A DNA stretch of 64,000 bases, from NCBI GenBank assembly GCA_010015805.1, contig ML978125.1:248001-312000 (forward strand). The letters run 5' to 3'. Below the pieces are notes generated by a model that did no database searches, was not told where the DNA came from, and was given only the letters and a program-made list of their open reading frames with translations. Shown here one piece after another: positions 63,053 through 64,000 of this stretch. The DNA is from Rhizodiscina lignyota (taxonomy: Eukaryota). Every line of letters starts with the position of its first letter. Positions within the stretch are counted from its first letter, which is position 1. The translations under genes were made by a program, and so were the position numbers.

Positions 63053-63606
63053 ACCTCGATTCTTCGCTGATCCAACAAATACTTGTGAGAGAGGTGATTG
63101 GAACGCGCGCAAATGTGGAGGACATATGTCACCATATTAAACACCAGCTTTTTGAAAAAGGAATATCAAATATCTAAGATTATGAATCTGCGGGATGTCG
63201 CACAGCTATATTTCAAATTGCGTTCCGCGCCCGCGATCCGCCTAATACGACGATTTCCAAAAAGAAAAGCACTACAATTCCAAAGATTGAGTTAACAGCT
63301 CGTTAATGGACATGGTAAATCAAATGGGTTCGCCGCATCACGGGTTCGCAAGTATTTTATATGCCTTTCTTATTTCCAGTTCTCCTTCAAATGGCCATTG
63401 CACGTATTCATACTAGCAGAGATTTCGGTATGGAGCTTCTTGTCCTCTGCACGACAGTATTACGTCTCGAATAACTCGTACTAAGAATAGAGACACACCA
63501 AATCCATTTTCATCATAAAGGTAGCCACGGCGCGGCCATCGTCAAAGCACCATGCCCAGATCGCCACAATCCAACACAACACGCAGTAAGCCAACAAACT
63601 CTGTCA

Positions 63607-63999
63607 CTACACACTCTCGCTCCCATCATCCTCAGGAATATCTTCGAACTCGACAATACGTGACCTCAGTCCTCCCCCACGTCCGGCGCTCACAGGAATA
63701 TTACTCGATCCGTCCTTCCGTCCATGTACAGGCGTCATACTTCCTTTCCCTCTGGACCCAGCTGTCCCACGAGCAGAGAACCCCTGAGCTCTGAGTTTCC
63801 GCTCAAAAGGGGTGACGCCGGGCGTGTCCGGGCCAGCCAGTCCTCCACCTGTAGCAGCAGGTGGCGCCGTGCGTGCCCCCACGCGTCCGAACATGCCAGA
63901 TGTATCGATCGTGGATTGTCCCGGCGTTCCAGGGCCAGTAACACCGCCCGCACTCAGCGCAAGAAGCCGTTCTCGAGCTTTACTTCTGGCAGTGTTGCG
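63607..63999 (-). CDS. 3' end of an unidentified protein (Gly-rich low-complexity tail), truncated by the window edge
   Basis: The frame is open from the window edge (RNTARSKARERLLALSAGG...EFEDIPEDDGSESV*), with high GC dropping to an AT-richer 3'UTR-like stretch after the stop. Confidence 0.55.
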   Translation of the reverse strand, partial: RNTARSKARERLLALSAGGVTGPGTPGQSTIDTSGMFGRVGARTAPPAATGGGLAGPDTPGVTPFERKLRAQGFSARGTAGSRGKGSMTPVHGRKDGSSNIPVSAGRGGGLRSRIVEFEDIPEDDGSESV

Positions 64000-64000
64000 T

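Noticed and set aside
1..64000. Transposons, CRISPR arrays, tRNA/rRNA or a core secondary-metabolite synthase
   Set aside because: No transposase, RT or integrase ORFs, terminal repeats, spacer arrays, cloverleaf-like sequences or PKS/NRPS domains were recognised by eye. tRNAscan-SE and RepeatMasker would be needed to exclude small or decayed elements.

Overview
Gene-dense eukaryotic DNA from a filamentous ascomycete (Pezizomycotina). Short GT..AG introns with CTRAC/CTRAT branch points, a Zn2Cys6 factor, a vezatin and a RACK1/cpc-2 gene support this; the finer taxon cannot be fixed from the sequence. I can support about 28 protein-coding genes, two of them cut by the window edges, plus an intronic box C/D snoRNA (U24). 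I saw no intact transposon, rRNA, tRNA or CRISPR. Gene coordinates run from start to stop codon and include introns; exon joins were read by eye. The left and right ends are mostly housekeeping genes (TPA1, AMS1, GH3, EPT1/CPT1, ECH1, RACK1). The most unusual items are: (1) a head-to-head pair of intronless, paralogous, secreted proteins of no family I can name (42.6-45.4 kb), next to a HeLo-like-N plus 14-ankyrin gene with no NACHT/NB-ARC domain; (2) a single polypeptide with two Ppr1/UaY-type Zn2Cys6 + middle-homology modules, clustered with a 2OG-Fe(II) dioxygenase and an UNC-93-like transporter that share a GATA/CGG-repeat promoter; (3) a 97-aa microprotein with three tandem PPxY motifs; (4) a knottin-like secreted peptide with a possible (GGGH)4 second exon; (5) a U24 snoRNA whose D-box guide appears to be replaced. 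No database searches were run, so family assignments rest on motif recognition.
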